From Thecamonas trahens ATCC 50062 (lineage: Eukaryota > Protista > Apusomonadida), in assembly GCF_000142905.1 (NCBI RefSeq), contig NW_013657657.1, positions 310,001 through 374,000 of the forward strand: a stretch of DNA of 64,000 bases, in the 5' to 3' direction. Positions 1 through 11,171 of the stretch are shown piece by piece. The first letter of the stretch is position 1. Each line of letters opens with the position of its first letter. The position numbers were made by a program, and so were the translations under genes. The notes beneath the pieces are model-generated. The model saw nothing but the letters and a program-made list of their open reading frames with translations, was not told where the DNA came from and made no database searches.

Positions 1-1
1 C

Positions 2-1282
2 TTTGACCGCGGCCTTGGCGACATCACTTGCCTCACTGCGCTGGTGGGCATCAAAGAGCGCTATCCGGATCGGGTGTTTTGGACCCTCGGCAACCGTGAC
101 ATCAACAAGGCCCGGCTGGCGTCCGAGCTGGCGGATCCGGCCGAGCTGGCCCGCCACCCGGCGGCGGTCGGCGGCCCGTACTGGGTCCCCAAGCTCTTTC
201 GCCACCCGTGGGAGCTGTATCTGGCTCGCAAAGGCCTTCTTGGTTCGTCTTGGCAGCACGACGGGTTTACTAAGCTCCGCTACCTGCTGCAGCGGACGAT
301 GGGCTGCGACGGGCGAACAATCGCCCACCGCAGACTCGAGCTTGCCGTGCTGGCCGGAGGTGGGCCAGAGGACGTGCGCAGTGTGTCGGACGCCGACGTG
401 CTGCGATCGTTCACGACGCTTGTGGCGCCCGATCCAGACTCGCTCTTTGCACGCTACCTCCGCTACGGCTCAGTGGCGGTCCGCCTCGGCGACGCGCTGT
501 TTGTGCACGGGGCGGTCGACCAGCCGTCGCTGGCCGTTGTTCCGAGCTGGGTCGGCTACCGCTCAGACCGCAGGGCCTCTGCTGACGTGCCTTACGCGGC
601 TTACCCGCCGATGGTCTCGGCACCGGCGCCGACCGCGCTTGAGGACATGGACGTCGACGCCTGGGTTCGCGACATCAACGCCTGGATCCAGTCCGAGGTC
701 TCGGACTGGCTTGATCATCCCCACTACGATGCCGACCGCTGCCACCGCGGCGGCGAAGGCCTCATCGGCTATGCCAATCAGTCATGTATGTCGTCGCGGA
801 CTGTCGTCTACAACTCGTGGCTCACCAATGGCCACCCGGTGGCTCCTGGCCCGGGCCTCGCCGGCGCGCTCGCCGGCGCGGGCATCCGCCGCGTCTTTTC
901 CGGCCACCAGCCGTTTGGCGACCACCCGCTAGTCATGAAGGCCCACGGCGTGAAAGTCGTCACCGCAGACACCTCGTACTCGGACGTCAACGCCGACGAC
1001 AATCGCGGCGCCGCTGTCGCCAGCATCGTCTGTAACCTTGATCCGTCGGCGCCCGACACCCACATCACCGGTCGACTTGCCTGTGGCGCCGGCTTTGATT
1101 TCCTCGTCGATGCCGACGACCTCATCGGCCGCCACTGCTACTCTTCGGTTGGCAGCGAGTGGATCACTGCCTACCTTCCGGGCTCTTCCCACTACGTCCT
1201 CCGCTCCGGCGCCGGCTTTGACGTCTCGCACCGGCTGGTCTCGCCCGACGAGGCGCTGGCTGTTGTCACCAGCGGAGTGTGA
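2..1282 (+). CDS. Calcineurin-like metallophosphoesterase family protein, 5' truncated by the window edge
   Basis: The frame is open from position 2: FDRGLGD (GDxxDRG motif), LGNRDINK (GNH[ED] equivalent), LFVHGAV, and FSGHQPFGD (GHT/GHQ motif). Confidence 0.75.
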   Translation, partial: FDRGLGDITCLTALVGIKERYPDRVFWTLGNRDINKARLASELADPAELARHPAAVGGPYWVPKLFRHPWELYLARKGLLGSSWQHDGFTKLRYLLQRTMGCDGRTIAHRRLELAVLAGGGPEDVRSVSDADVLRSFTTLVAPDPDSLFARYLRYGSVAVRLGDALFVHGAVDQPSLAVVPSWVGYRSDRRASADVPYAAYPPMVSAPAPTALEDMDVDAWVRDINAWIQSEVSDWLDHPHYDADRCHRGGEGLIGYANQSCMSSRTVVYNSWLTNGHPVAPGPGLAGALAGAGIRRVFSGHQPFGDHPLVMKAHGVKVVTADTSYSDVNADDNRGAAVASIVCNLDPSAPDTHITGRLACGAGFDFLVDADDLIGRHCYSSVGSEWITAYLPGSSHYVLRSGAGFDVSHRLVSPDEALAVVTSGV

Positions 1283-1986
1283 CAAGGCAAAAAATACCTT
1301 ATGCCGCACCATGAGGAATAAGCCACTCGCCACCGTCGAGCTACCATTTGCTGGCTCATTCACCATTGCTTCTCGCCAACGTACGTTATCAGCAGCCAAA
1401 CGAACGAGTGTCACCAGCGAGCAAGACGCTCTGAGGCTAGCCAGGGGCAGCTTTTGAGGGAGGCAGACAGCGAGGGAGAGCAAAGGCAGGAACAGAGCTA
1501 GCCATAGCTTCCCCTCCTATCCCAAGTATCCTTCCCCTCCTCTACCCCTCTATCTCCCTTGCTCCTTCTACCGTACCACCACTGGCCTATCCGCTCCATC
1601 GCTGACCCTCTCCCTCTGCGCCACACTCCACCCACAACAGGGTATCCCCACTCCAGCACGCCCCCTCCCACACACAAACACATACTCACTCCCGTCCCCT
1701 CCTCCTCCTCCCTCCCCTCCATCCCCCCTCCCCTCCCCTTCTCCTATCTCCCCACTCTCATCCATTCTCTATCCCCTGGCTACGGTCACACTCCCCAACA
1801 CACCTACTCGTGGCCGTCTCGACTTCTGTTCCGCAGTCGTTCACCTCGCACCAGGTAGAGCGGAGGCAGCAAAGGGCGGACAACCAGGTCGAGCCCGTTC
1901 CTCAGCGAGGGAAAGGCTTGGCAACCGACTGGTACAGAGCGGGTGGGACTCTGGAAGCACATACTTGGTTGAGGCCACTGAGGCTT

Positions 1987-3177
1987 ATGGGCTGTGGTTC
2001 ATCCAAAGCCCAAGGCGCAAGGCCGGACAAGACCGACAAGAGTCCAGGGAGAAACCTCAATGGGGCACAGGTGGCTGGTCGCAGTGTGACGGACGGAGAG
2101 CAAGATGAGCCAGTGTCAGAGTGGATGCCCGAGGGTGTGCCCATGATTGGCCTGCGACCGGGAGGCGTGCCGGTAATCAACGCGCCTGTCCGTGCTGATG
2201 GCATGGCCAGCGAGCATGTGCTCTCGCCATTGGTGCCGTCGGTCTCGCAGCTCGAGCTCAATCGTCGCGCACGATCGCGGCGCAACTCGCTCGCCGACGA
2301 GCCGTTGTTCCCGGTCAAGCCGATCCACGTCCTTGCGGTGGAGGGCGATTTAGAGGGCATGCGCCACGCCGCACGACGCCACGCCACTGGGGCTGGCGCG
2401 CGGGTCTCGCGCTCGGGTTCGGGTCGCAACTCCCTCAATCTCATGCACCAACGGGTGGTCCGCCAGCGACTCGCTGTCGAGTCCGAGTCGGGCGCCGACT
2501 TGTCCGACGACTCGGAGCTCTCTGTCTCGGACGACTGCAAGAAGCCGCTCCGCGACGTCGCTGACGACGACGGGTGGAACGCGCTGCACTGGGCAGCCTC
2601 TGCCGGTCAGGATGACATGGTCCGCATGCTGGTCAAAGAGTTTGGCTTTGATGTCAACTCTCGCGATTTGGAAGGCTGCACTCCTCTCCACTGGGCCGCT
2701 GACAAAGGCCACAAGCGCACCATCCTGGTCCTCTGCTCTGAGCTCGGTGCTGATGTCAATGCTGTCGACAACTACGGCCAGACGCCACTCTACGACGCCT
2801 CCTCGCGCGTCCAGAACGATGTTATCACGCTGCTTATTTCCGAGCTCGAGGCCTCGCCACACATAGCATCGAACACTGGCAAGAAGCCCATCGATGTGTA
2901 CAACGAGATGATCCGTTCGCAGGCGATCGCCGGCGATCCCGACGTACTTCTTCTTTTGCGTGCTGTCTCGTCGCTGCCGTCGTCGCCGCCGCCGGGCGTG
3001 GTCCACCGTCGGCCAAGCTTGTCACGCGGACGAGGCGGGCGCCGGCTCCGCGGCTCCGGCGGCCGCCGCGGCTCCAACGCCTCGTCGCGCCGCGGCAGTG
3101 ACACCGGTTCGGCCTCGGGCCGGTCCCGCCGTCGCTCCATCCGCGCCAAGCCAGCACCGGTGGGCCGTCGCCGCTGA
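1987..3177 (+). CDS. Ankyrin-repeat protein with N-terminal MGCGSS acylation motif
   Basis: Ankyrin repeats GWNALHWAA, GCTPLHWAA and GQTPLYDAS. The first in-frame ATG at 1987 gives MGCGSSK. Confidence 0.85.
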   Translation: MGCGSSKAQGARPDKTDKSPGRNLNGAQVAGRSVTDGEQDEPVSEWMPEGVPMIGLRPGGVPVINAPVRADGMASEHVLSPLVPSVSQLELNRRARSRRNSLADEPLFPVKPIHVLAVEGDLEGMRHAARRHATGAGARVSRSGSGRNSLNLMHQRVVRQRLAVESESGADLSDDSELSVSDDCKKPLRDVADDDGWNALHWAASAGQDDMVRMLVKEFGFDVNSRDLEGCTPLHWAADKGHKRTILVLCSELGADVNAVDNYGQTPLYDASSRVQNDVITLLISELEASPHIASNTGKKPIDVYNEMIRSQAIAGDPDVLLLLRAVSSLPSSPPPGVVHRRPSLSRGRGGRRLRGSGGRRGSNASSRRGSDTGSASGRSRRRSIRAKPAPVGRRR

Positions 3178-3180
3178 TTG

Positions 3181-5904
3181 CTATGGCACCACCTCGCTGG
3201 CGAGCTCGTACACCAGAATGTATGCCTTCGGCGTAACCACATCGCGCGCCGCTCCCACTGGCTCCACGTGTGCGTCATCAAAGAGGAACCACTGGTCGCG
3301 CTCACCATGCTTGACGTACGCGGTGTAGTGCCCGCCACCAACAACCCCAATGTGATTGACGACGCCGACCAGATTGTACACGCCCGGCACTGGCGCACCC
3401 TCGCGCACAAACGGCGTGAGGTCGAGTCCGGTCAGCGGAAAATCGATAAACGCCTCGAGCTTGGTGGAGTGGAACCCGTACGGCGTTTGGTGGCTTTGGA
3501 ACCGCTTGAGCTGGATGACAAGGACGCGCGGGAGCCGGTCAAGCGCAAGCTCTCTCGCGCCGTAGCCCTTGACATTGCACGCCTCACAGCGCCACTCCGC
3601 CGATGGATCCAGCGTCTCGCGGCCTGTGAACAGTTCCAGGCACCGCACCAGGTCCATGCCGGAGCTTGACACAGAGGCCGAGCTGCTGCCTCCATCCTCG
3701 ACCTTGACCTCGACCGGCGACTTTGCGAGGAGGCTCCGTAGATGGAGTCCTTCGTTTGTCGCCCAATCGACCACCAGCCGCGAGTTGGCCTCGAGCACGC
3801 ACGACCGGTCCGGCGCAAACGACCGCAGCACACGCCCCGATGCCGAGAGCTGGCGAATGACAAGGCTGAGGCCGAGCGCGTTGGGTGATACGTTGTCCAA
3901 GTCGCGAATGCTCGGAAAGTCGATGCTCGATGCGCTCGGCACCTCCAGCTGCTCGGTCACCGCCAGCGCACCCGAGCAGACCTGGAAGACTGCAGCCTCG
4001 AGAGCATCGTACGTGCTGTTGGCTGGAACAACCGCCAGTGACGGCTCGCCAAAGACAAAGCACTCGCCGCCGATCTCGGTCCGGTGACTCACACTCACCA
4101 GGACCGACTCGCTGGCCTTGAGCTCGCGGTCGGTCGGCAAGCGGAAGACAACGAGATCGCCGGCAATGTCAGCCACCGGAGCAGTGCCGAGCACCGCGTT
4201 GGCCACCACTCGTGAGTGCTTGATGGAGGCGAGCCGCAGGGTGTGACTCGGCACTCCCAGCTCGTCTGCTACCGCAGTGAGGACAGTTTGCACAATCGGG
4301 CGCGGCTTGGCAGGAAGCGTCAGCTGTAAGGCTTCGCGTTCCGAGCCAAAGGCCTCAAACGGACCAGCAACCGTTCGGAGGGTGAGCTGGACAGGAGCGC
4401 GCGAGGCTGGTGAGCCAACGCCGACCGGCTTGCGTTCCTCCACCGGGAGCTCGAGCTGGAGCGAGCGGAACGGATCAAAGGTGACGGAGGCTTTGCCACA
4501 GCCGTCGGCGGTGCACGCGACGCGCGAGATGAGCTGACCTTCAAAGACGTCAACAATGACCGACTCGTCGCGGGCCAGGTGGCTGCTCCACGCAAGCATC
4601 GAGCTGAGATTCAGGTCTTGGTCGCGTGCTGAGGTGTCAGGTGGTGGCGGGCGCGGGCGCGGACTTGCACCGAGCGCGTACGGCGAGCGGTTGAGGTCCT
4701 CGTGTAGGCCGTCGAGGACGTAGGTGAGGACTTCGCCAGCATCGTGCTGGGACGAGCCAACAAAGCGCGGTGCATGGTGATTGAGGACTTGCTTAAAGTG
4801 GCGCGGGGCGACAGCGGCGCCGGCGCCAGACCACAGCGTCTTGACGAGGTCGGCAAATGCGTACGCGAGCTTGCCCTTGGTCCCATGCGGGTTGACCGTG
4901 TTGATCGAGTCAGATAAGTTATCTGCAAGGAGCTGGTCGCGGAGCGCCGGCAAGTGCGCGAGGGTCTGGAGGACCGCATTCATGAAGCAAGTGTTGCCGA
5001 GGTTAGCCAGACCCATCAGACCCGGAGGCACCGGCGCGTTTGCCACCACGACGTCGTCCATGACTGACAGCTCGTCAAGCGGCGAGCTTTCTGTGAGATC
5101 GACGACTGCTGGCGCTGACTCGACAGAGGCGGCGAGCATGGTGTCAAGCAGCCAGACGCCATCGACCTCAAAGTCGAGGAACAGCGTGTCACCGCACTGA
5201 ATGCCCGCGGCCGTGAGGGTGAGCGCCGGGTCGTCGATAAACGACGACGGGGCGCTGTTGCGGATGACCGCAATGCGTGCCGTGCCACCCTCTAGCCAGC
5301 ACACAGCGGTGACCAGGTGGTGGATGGAGACTGCACGAGAGAAGGAGACGGTCCGCGCCATCAGCGGCTGCTGGACCGGGAGTGCGCCGAGCGCCGGGAG
5401 CCATCCCATGTCGCGGGCGCGAGTGGCGAGTTCGGGATCGGGGCCAAACGGCTCGGCCGGGGCGAGCAGATGCAACTTGAGCGGATAGATCTCGACTCTG
5501 CACGACTCGCCTGCAGCAATGACCGATCGCTTGATCTCCGGCCCACCGCCGCACCGCGAGTGGAAAAGACGGTAGACGTTGCCATGGAGGAGACGAAAGT
5601 GGCTGCCCTCGACGAGATCATCGACCAGCTCGCCGGTCTCATCGAGCAGCTCAGAGTTGTCGATGGCCGGGAGATCGGCAGTGGTGATGAGGTCTGAACC
5701 CAATCCCGCGCCTGAGCTGGAGTCCTGGCCAGAATCTGCTGACAGTGCCAATGCGGTCGCAGGCTTCGCCTTGGCTGCCTCGCTCAGCGCACTCAGCACG
5801 GCTGCATGCCATGCGACCGGGACGAGGTAGTACGACTCGCCAGGAGAGAGACTGTCTGGCGTGGGCATAGCAGCTAAGGCTCTTGCCATGTCGGCCAGGT
5901 CCAT
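3181..5904 (-). CDS. Ubiquitin carboxyl-terminal hydrolase, USP4/11/15-like (DUSP-UBL-USP)
   Basis: DUSP-like N-terminus (YYLVPVAW..IDNSEL..GGGPEIKR..VEIYPL), Cys box GLANLGNTCFMNA, QHDAGE, LPRVLVIQLKRF, His box GGGHYTAY and WFLFDD. ATG at 5904 (MDLADM). Confidence 0.93.
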   Translation of the reverse strand: MDLADMARALAAMPTPDSLSPGESYYLVPVAWHAAVLSALSEAAKAKPATALALSADSGQDSSSGAGLGSDLITTADLPAIDNSELLDETGELVDDLVEGSHFRLLHGNVYRLFHSRCGGGPEIKRSVIAAGESCRVEIYPLKLHLLAPAEPFGPDPELATRARDMGWLPALGALPVQQPLMARTVSFSRAVSIHHLVTAVCWLEGGTARIAVIRNSAPSSFIDDPALTLTAAGIQCGDTLFLDFEVDGVWLLDTMLAASVESAPAVVDLTESSPLDELSVMDDVVVANAPVPPGLMGLANLGNTCFMNAVLQTLAHLPALRDQLLADNLSDSINTVNPHGTKGKLAYAFADLVKTLWSGAGAAVAPRHFKQVLNHHAPRFVGSSQHDAGEVLTYVLDGLHEDLNRSPYALGASPRPRPPPPDTSARDQDLNLSSMLAWSSHLARDESVIVDVFEGQLISRVACTADGCGKASVTFDPFRSLQLELPVEERKPVGVGSPASRAPVQLTLRTVAGPFEAFGSEREALQLTLPAKPRPIVQTVLTAVADELGVPSHTLRLASIKHSRVVANAVLGTAPVADIAGDLVVFRLPTDRELKASESVLVSVSHRTEIGGECFVFGEPSLAVVPANSTYDALEAAVFQVCSGALAVTEQLEVPSASSIDFPSIRDLDNVSPNALGLSLVIRQLSASGRVLRSFAPDRSCVLEANSRLVVDWATNEGLHLRSLLAKSPVEVKVEDGGSSSASVSSSGMDLVRCLELFTGRETLDPSAEWRCEACNVKGYGARELALDRLPRVLVIQLKRFQSHQTPYGFHSTKLEAFIDFPLTGLDLTPFVREGAPVPGVYNLVGVVNHIGVVGGGHYTAYVKHGERDQWFLFDDAHVEPVGAARDVVTPKAYILVYELASEVVP

Positions 5905-6133
5905 GACTGGTGTGTGAGAGGAATGCAAAGTGTGGACGCGGACGCGGACGCGGGTGCGGACGCGGCGAGTCTGTGCGACATGGGCTTGACATGGAGGCCG
6001 GCAGCCCCCATCATCATGGATGAGGTTGGTGGGATTGGGTGCGCGAGGCCGTTTGTTAGAGAGGGAGGAAGAGGGAAAGGCAAGAACGGCTCGGCAACGG
6101 TCCAGAGAGGCTAGGCTAGGAGGGTGGGGGGCG

Positions 6134-7616
6134 TCAGTCTCGGCGAGTTGAGTTGGCGGAGGAACCCGGCGAGGAGGGGGTATCGTTGGCGGCGAGGACG
6201 GCAAAGATGGCCTTCTTGAACTTGCGCTTGTTGTTCATGCGCGACATGCGGTCCATGACGCCGTCGATGGCATCCGGGGCGTCGCCGGCAACCGAGGCGA
6301 TCCAAGGGTGCTGCAGAGCCTCGACGGCGGAGAGGCGCTGGTCAGGGTCAACAACCAGCAGGTTGTTGACCAGATCTTTTGCCGAGTCGGAGATCGAGTC
6401 CCAGTACGGCGAGGGAAAGTCAAAACGGCCTTGCTGGATCTGCTCAAACAGCTCCGGCGTGTCCTCCGAGTAGAACGGCGGAAAGCCGCAGAGGAGGATA
6501 TACATGATGACACCTGCGGACCAGAGGTCGACCTCGTCGGTGTACCCGTTGTACGACTGCGAGAGCACCTCAGGTGCGACGTACGACGGCGAGCCGCACG
6601 CGGTCTTGAGCGTGGTCTCGTGGCCGACGACCTTGGACAGCCCAAAGTCGGCGATCTTGACCACAGGCGTCACGCCCTCACTCTGCTTGGTGGCGCAGAG
6701 AACGTTTTCGGGCTTGAGGTCGCGGTGGACAATGTTGCGGGCATGCAGGTACTCGAGAGCCGAGAAGATCTGGGTCATGGTGACGGCGGCGTCGGCTTCG
6801 GAAAAGTGGCCGCGCTCGACGATCTGATCAAACAGCTCTCCGCCGGTGCACAGCTCGAGCACCATGTAGATGTGGTGCTTCGACTCGTAGCAGTCGTACA
6901 TCTTGACACACGACTCATGGCTAACGTTACGGAGGACATCGACCTCAGTCTGGAGCATGACATGGTCCTTGTCCACCAGCGACTTCTTGGAGATGATCTT
7001 GACAGCGTACACGTTGCCCGACTCCCGATGCCTGCAGCGGCGGACGGTGGCGAACGTTCCACTAGCAAGGAGACACCCGTGACAATCGTGAGACACATAA
7101 CCATTACAAAGGGAGATAAAAATCAAATGGTAGTGGTAGTACTGGTGGTGGTGGTAGTGGGTGGGGAGGGGGAGTAGGTGGGGGTGGGGGTGGGGCTGAC
7201 ACCGCCAGCCGTTTTTCAACCCTGGAGGGAGGAGGACATGGGCGGGAAGGAGAGGGGGGGGGGAGGGGAGGGAGAAGGGGGGAATGGGGAGGAAGAAGAG
7301 GAAGAGGGAGGGAGGGGGGGGGGGAGGGGGAGGGAGGGAGGAGGTAGGTAGGGAGGGAGGGAGGAGGGAGGAAGGGGGGGCGTTGGGGAGGAGGAGGGAG
7401 GGGAGGCAGGGTCGAGGCTGGGTGGAGCGGGAGAAAGAGGGGGGGAAAGGGGAATGGGGATGGGGATGGCGCTGAAGGGACATACCTTCCAATTTCACTG
7501 GCATCAATATGGTAGTCTGTCTTGATGTCTGTCTTTGCACCAGGGATAATGCGATGGTCTTTGTCCTTCTTCTTCTTACTCGACGACTCGTTCTTCTTCC
7601 GCAGTCGGCCTAGCAT
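6134..7616 (-). CDS. Ca2+/calmodulin-dependent protein kinase I-like; exons 7616-7486 and 7061-6134, intron 7485-7062
   Basis: GT(ATG)..CTAG splicing restores EIGSGTFATV. Motifs YAVKII, HRDLKPEN, DFGLSK and TACGSPSYVAPE, with a CaM-binding-like tail KRKFKKAIFAVLAAN. Confidence 0.92.
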
Positions 7617-8418
7617 GCTGACAATGGTCGGTGCGTTGAGTAGCAATGACTCCCGTGTGATTGCTCTCCAAAGTCCATGGCCATTCAATCAAATCGTCAA
7701 TCAAAGTCCTTCAATCCGAATTCATCCATGCCATTCGTTTGTTCCACTCGTGTTCACGGCAACTACCTCAGAACGCATCAACTGCTCATCGTCAGTATGG
7801 GTTGTGCCAGCCATGGGTTGATACATGCGTCACCGTGGGTCGGGAAACAGAAGATCGCGCTTCTACCTCCCTAGTGGTAGTATCCTACCCATACGATCGT
7901 CTCTACCCGAGCGGGCCTCCCTGGCCTCTCAAAGGGTTTGATGGAGATCGGGAGAGATGAGCGGGATGATGGTGATGGCTGGCATGTCGGGGAGGAGAAT
8001 GGCGGCGGGTTTGTTGTGTGGACAATGGAGAAGGAGACAGAATCGAGCTAGACATCGGGCCTGATGTCAGCATCTCGAACGCCAGCGCCTTGCCAAGGTT
8101 CAAGCGACCCAGACCGCAACCGGCATGTCTCCCCCTCCTCATCCAAACACTCAATGTCGACACACTCCCTTCTCCCGCCACATTCCCCACCGCATCCTGC
8201 ACCTCCCATCCCCTCATCATGGCCCCGATGGCCCATCTCACCATCTCATTTGCTCCAACAATTCCTGTATCGTAGGGCAACGATAAAATCCTCGTGTCAC
8301 CCGCCGCCCGTCTGCAGGTCGCCCGCCGCCAAGGAGACGTAGGGCCAAGGCCCGCACAACTCACTCACGCCCCCCTCCTCCTCCCCCCCCCCCCTTTTCA
8401 AAGACAAAGACAGAAGTT

Positions 8419-8979
8419 ATGTTGCGTGCAGGCGTGGGAGCAGGCGCAGGACTGGCGGTGGCCTGGGCAGTGTCGGGCACAGCGATGTGCGGAGAGGAGG
8501 CGACGACGACGAGCGAGGGTGTCGTCAAGGGAGAGCGGATTGTGGACTCCAAGCTGGCGGCCGAGTACGAAGTGGTGCCGGAGACACCCGGTCCGCTGCG
8601 GCCTGCACTTCGCGTCCTCCGCGAGCGAGTGCTGTCTAAGATCTGGCTTGTCCGCAACCACATCGAGGCCCTTCAGCAGCGGTATCACGAGCTCGACGCC
8701 GAGGCTGCCGACCGCATGGCCGCGGCCGAGGAGTTTGTCAAGCAGCGCGAGAGCCTCTTCCCTGGTGTCATTGTCATGGCTGCCGCCGGCGCTGCCGGGC
8801 TCTACCTCGGCCGCGGCCGCGGCATCGGCCTGCAGCTCGCTACCGGTCTGGTCGCTGCCGGCGCCGTCGGTGTCTACCACTACCCGGACACCATTGACGC
8901 CCACGTGGTGAGCCCGCTGCGCGAGGCCCTCGCCGGCACCAGCGGCAGCGCTGCGGCCGAAGGCTCGGACGCCAAGTAA
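8419..8979 (+). CDS. Putative MICOS subunit Mic26/Mic27 (apolipoprotein O family)
   Basis: Small protein with a coiled coil followed by ESLFPGVIVMAAAGAAGLYLGRGRG..TM..YHYPDT. This matches the ApoO pattern of two TMs linked by a basic loop and ending YxxPxT. Confidence 0.6.
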   Translation: MLRAGVGAGAGLAVAWAVSGTAMCGEEATTTSEGVVKGERIVDSKLAAEYEVVPETPGPLRPALRVLRERVLSKIWLVRNHIEALQQRYHELDAEAADRMAAAEEFVKQRESLFPGVIVMAAAGAAGLYLGRGRGIGLQLATGLVAAGAVGVYHYPDTIDAHVVSPLREALAGTSGSAAAEGSDAK

Positions 8980-8987
8980 ACCTGGTT

Positions 8988-11171
8988 TTATCTGCGGAAG
9001 CTGTGCCGCCCACGTGGCGGCGGCGAGAACGATCGGCTGCCGAGCGAGCTGCCGAGCGAGGCGACCGGCGGCGCCGCCGAGAACCGCGTGTGCAGCGCCG
9101 ACGAGGTCTCAAGCGAGCGCGCCGGCGAGCCAAGCGCAAGCGACGCCGTCCGCGAGAGGACCCGCGTGTCAAACGGCGGCGGGAGCGAAGATCGCGTCGG
9201 CCGGAACGCAGACCGCACATGCTGCCGCTCGACCTTGAGCGGATTCGCCCGCGTCGGCGAGCTGGTTCGCGTCGACCGCACTGGTGTCGACGAGATCTTG
9301 GACCGGATGACTGCGTCGCGCGACGGCGTCCGCACCGTGGCCGACGCAAACTTGGATGGGCGCCCGCCGTCGATGCCCGGCGAAAAGGCAAAGTGCTTGA
9401 CCCGCTGCGACGGCCGCGACACGTCGGTCGCCTCGGCAAACGGCGAGTTGTACGTCCGGCTTGGCGAGACGCGGGCCCGGAACTGGCCCATCGAGCCTGC
9501 ACCAAGCGCAGTCTTGGCCTGCATCGCCGCCAAGCTCGAGTTGGGCGCCGGCGAGAAGAGAAGCGACGTCGGCGTCACCGGCCGTCCGCTGCTCGCCGCC
9601 CCGTACGCTGCAGGGAACATAGACCGTGAGCGGGCTGGCGAGGTGGCGCGCAGCGGCGACCGGTGCGAGCTGCCGTGCGATGCTGAGAAGACAGACTCTG
9701 AGATTCGCCGTGGGGACGGCGGCCGCGGCGGCCGCGGTGGGCTCCGTGTCGCCAGCCGCACCCGTCCATTCTCGAGATGTGTCTCATTCAGCCGCGTCTC
9801 CTCGGCACCCAGCGACGATCGGTATGCGTCAAAAAACGACGGCTGAGACGGCGGATAGCCGGCATCGGGATCATCGTCGACTTCAAACTGCGCGTCAAGC
9901 TCCACCTCGTGTTCACCGTCGACCACTGCCGCTTCTGCCATCGCGGTCCGCGGCTGGAACAGCGACTCGCCCGACGACGCCGGCGCTAGGAACGGCTCGC
10001 CGCGCGGGTAGTCTTCCGATGTGTGGGTTACATCGGTTGCTGGCGCCGGCGTAGGTGGCTCGACCTCGACCTCGATCTGGTCCGGGTCGACCACTACCCA
10101 CGAGCCTTCGTTTGAGACACCAGTCTCGTCGTCGTCCGAGCCCGGCTGAGCTGCGTCGAGGTCCGGCTCGGCCGAGTCGGCTCTCGACCCGTCGTCCCTG
10201 GTCCTAGAATTCCCGACGGGGCCATCGAGCGTGGCAGAACCGTCAGCCGCCTCATCACCGACGCCGGCGGCCGCCTGTGGATCGCCGCACAAGTACGCTG
10301 CGATGTCCTCCCACTCGGCGGTCCGCAGAGCCTCGGGAAGGGCAGTCAACGGGCACTCCTTGAGGCCAACCATCTCCAGTGTTGACATCATTCCCAGCTG
10401 TGGAGGAAGGTCCTCGAGCTGGTTGTTGCCCGAGAGACCAAGCGCATACAGGTTGGGTAGACCAAGCACCTGCAGCGGAACGGCGTCAAACGAGTTGCCC
10501 GCTAGGTTAAGCGTCCGCAGGCTCGACATCCGACCCAGGTCCTCCGGCAAAGCCGAGAGCCGGTTGCGCGAGAGATCGAGGCTGGTCAGCGCCGTGCAGG
10601 CGGCTAGACCCTCCGGCAGAGCAACCAACTTGTTGCTCGCCAAGTTGAGCGTCTTAAGCGCACTGCCGAGCTTGCCGGGGCCCATCACAGCCCGCAGTGG
10701 GCTCGGCAGCGTCATCAGCACGTTGTGCGAAAGATCGAGCCGAGTTATACCGGCGCACGGAGCAAGCGCAGCGGGAAACTCGCTCAGTCCGTTGTGATGA
10801 GCCATGACGACGCGCAGCGACGAGCCGCCGGCAAACGGCGCCTCGTCGACGCTCTTCAGCCGGTTGCCCGAAATGTCCAGGTGCTCGAGCTTGGGCAGAG
10901 CGGTGCAGAGCTTGGCCGGCAGCGCCTCGAGCACGTTGTCTGACACGTCCAGATGGACGATGGACTTGGACTTGAGCACCGGCTTGGGAACCTCGCGGAG
11001 CGCCGAGCTCTTGAGGATCACCACCGAGTCGCCCTTCTTCTTGGCCTCTTTCGCTGCCTTGGTTGCCGCCTTTATCTTGGCCTTTTCATCCTTGGTCGGC
11101 TTGGCCGACTTGCTCTTGCCCTTTCCCTTGCCCTTTCCCTTCCCTTTGTCCTTTGACTTGCCAGCTCCCAT
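8988..11171 (-). CDS. Leucine-rich repeat protein with MGAGKS/polybasic N-terminus and disordered Ser/Pro/Arg tail
   Basis: About 9 LxxLxLxxNxL repeats (LEHLDISGNRL, LKTLNLASNKL, LTSLDLSRNRL). Confidence 0.88.
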   Translation of the reverse strand: MGAGKSKDKGKGKGKGKGKSKSAKPTKDEKAKIKAATKAAKEAKKKGDSVVILKSSALREVPKPVLKSKSIVHLDVSDNVLEALPAKLCTALPKLEHLDISGNRLKSVDEAPFAGGSSLRVVMAHHNGLSEFPAALAPCAGITRLDLSHNVLMTLPSPLRAVMGPGKLGSALKTLNLASNKLVALPEGLAACTALTSLDLSRNRLSALPEDLGRMSSLRTLNLAGNSFDAVPLQVLGLPNLYALGLSGNNQLEDLPPQLGMMSTLEMVGLKECPLTALPEALRTAEWEDIAAYLCGDPQAAAGVGDEAADGSATLDGPVGNSRTRDDGSRADSAEPDLDAAQPGSDDDETGVSNEGSWVVVDPDQIEVEVEPPTPAPATDVTHTSEDYPRGEPFLAPASSGESLFQPRTAMAEAAVVDGEHEVELDAQFEVDDDPDAGYPPSQPSFFDAYRSSLGAEETRLNETHLENGRVRLATRSPPRPPRPPSPRRISESVFSASHGSSHRSPLRATSPARSRSMFPAAYGAASSGRPVTPTSLLFSPAPNSSLAAMQAKTALGAGSMGQFRARVSPSRTYNSPFAEATDVSRPSQRVKHFAFSPGIDGGRPSKFASATVRTPSRDAVIRSKISSTPVRSTRTSSPTRANPLKVERQHVRSAFRPTRSSLPPPFDTRVLSRTASLALGSPARSLETSSALHTRFSAAPPVASLGSSLGSRSFSPPPRGRHSFRR

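Noticed and set aside
7062-7540. Pro-rich N-terminal extensions of ORF-track proteins (CaMK here; similarly DDX49, centrin-like, delta-COP, 42281 ORF)
   Set aside because: They are translations of C- or G-homopolymer introns or UTRs. Splice sites or downstream ATGs explain the real starts.
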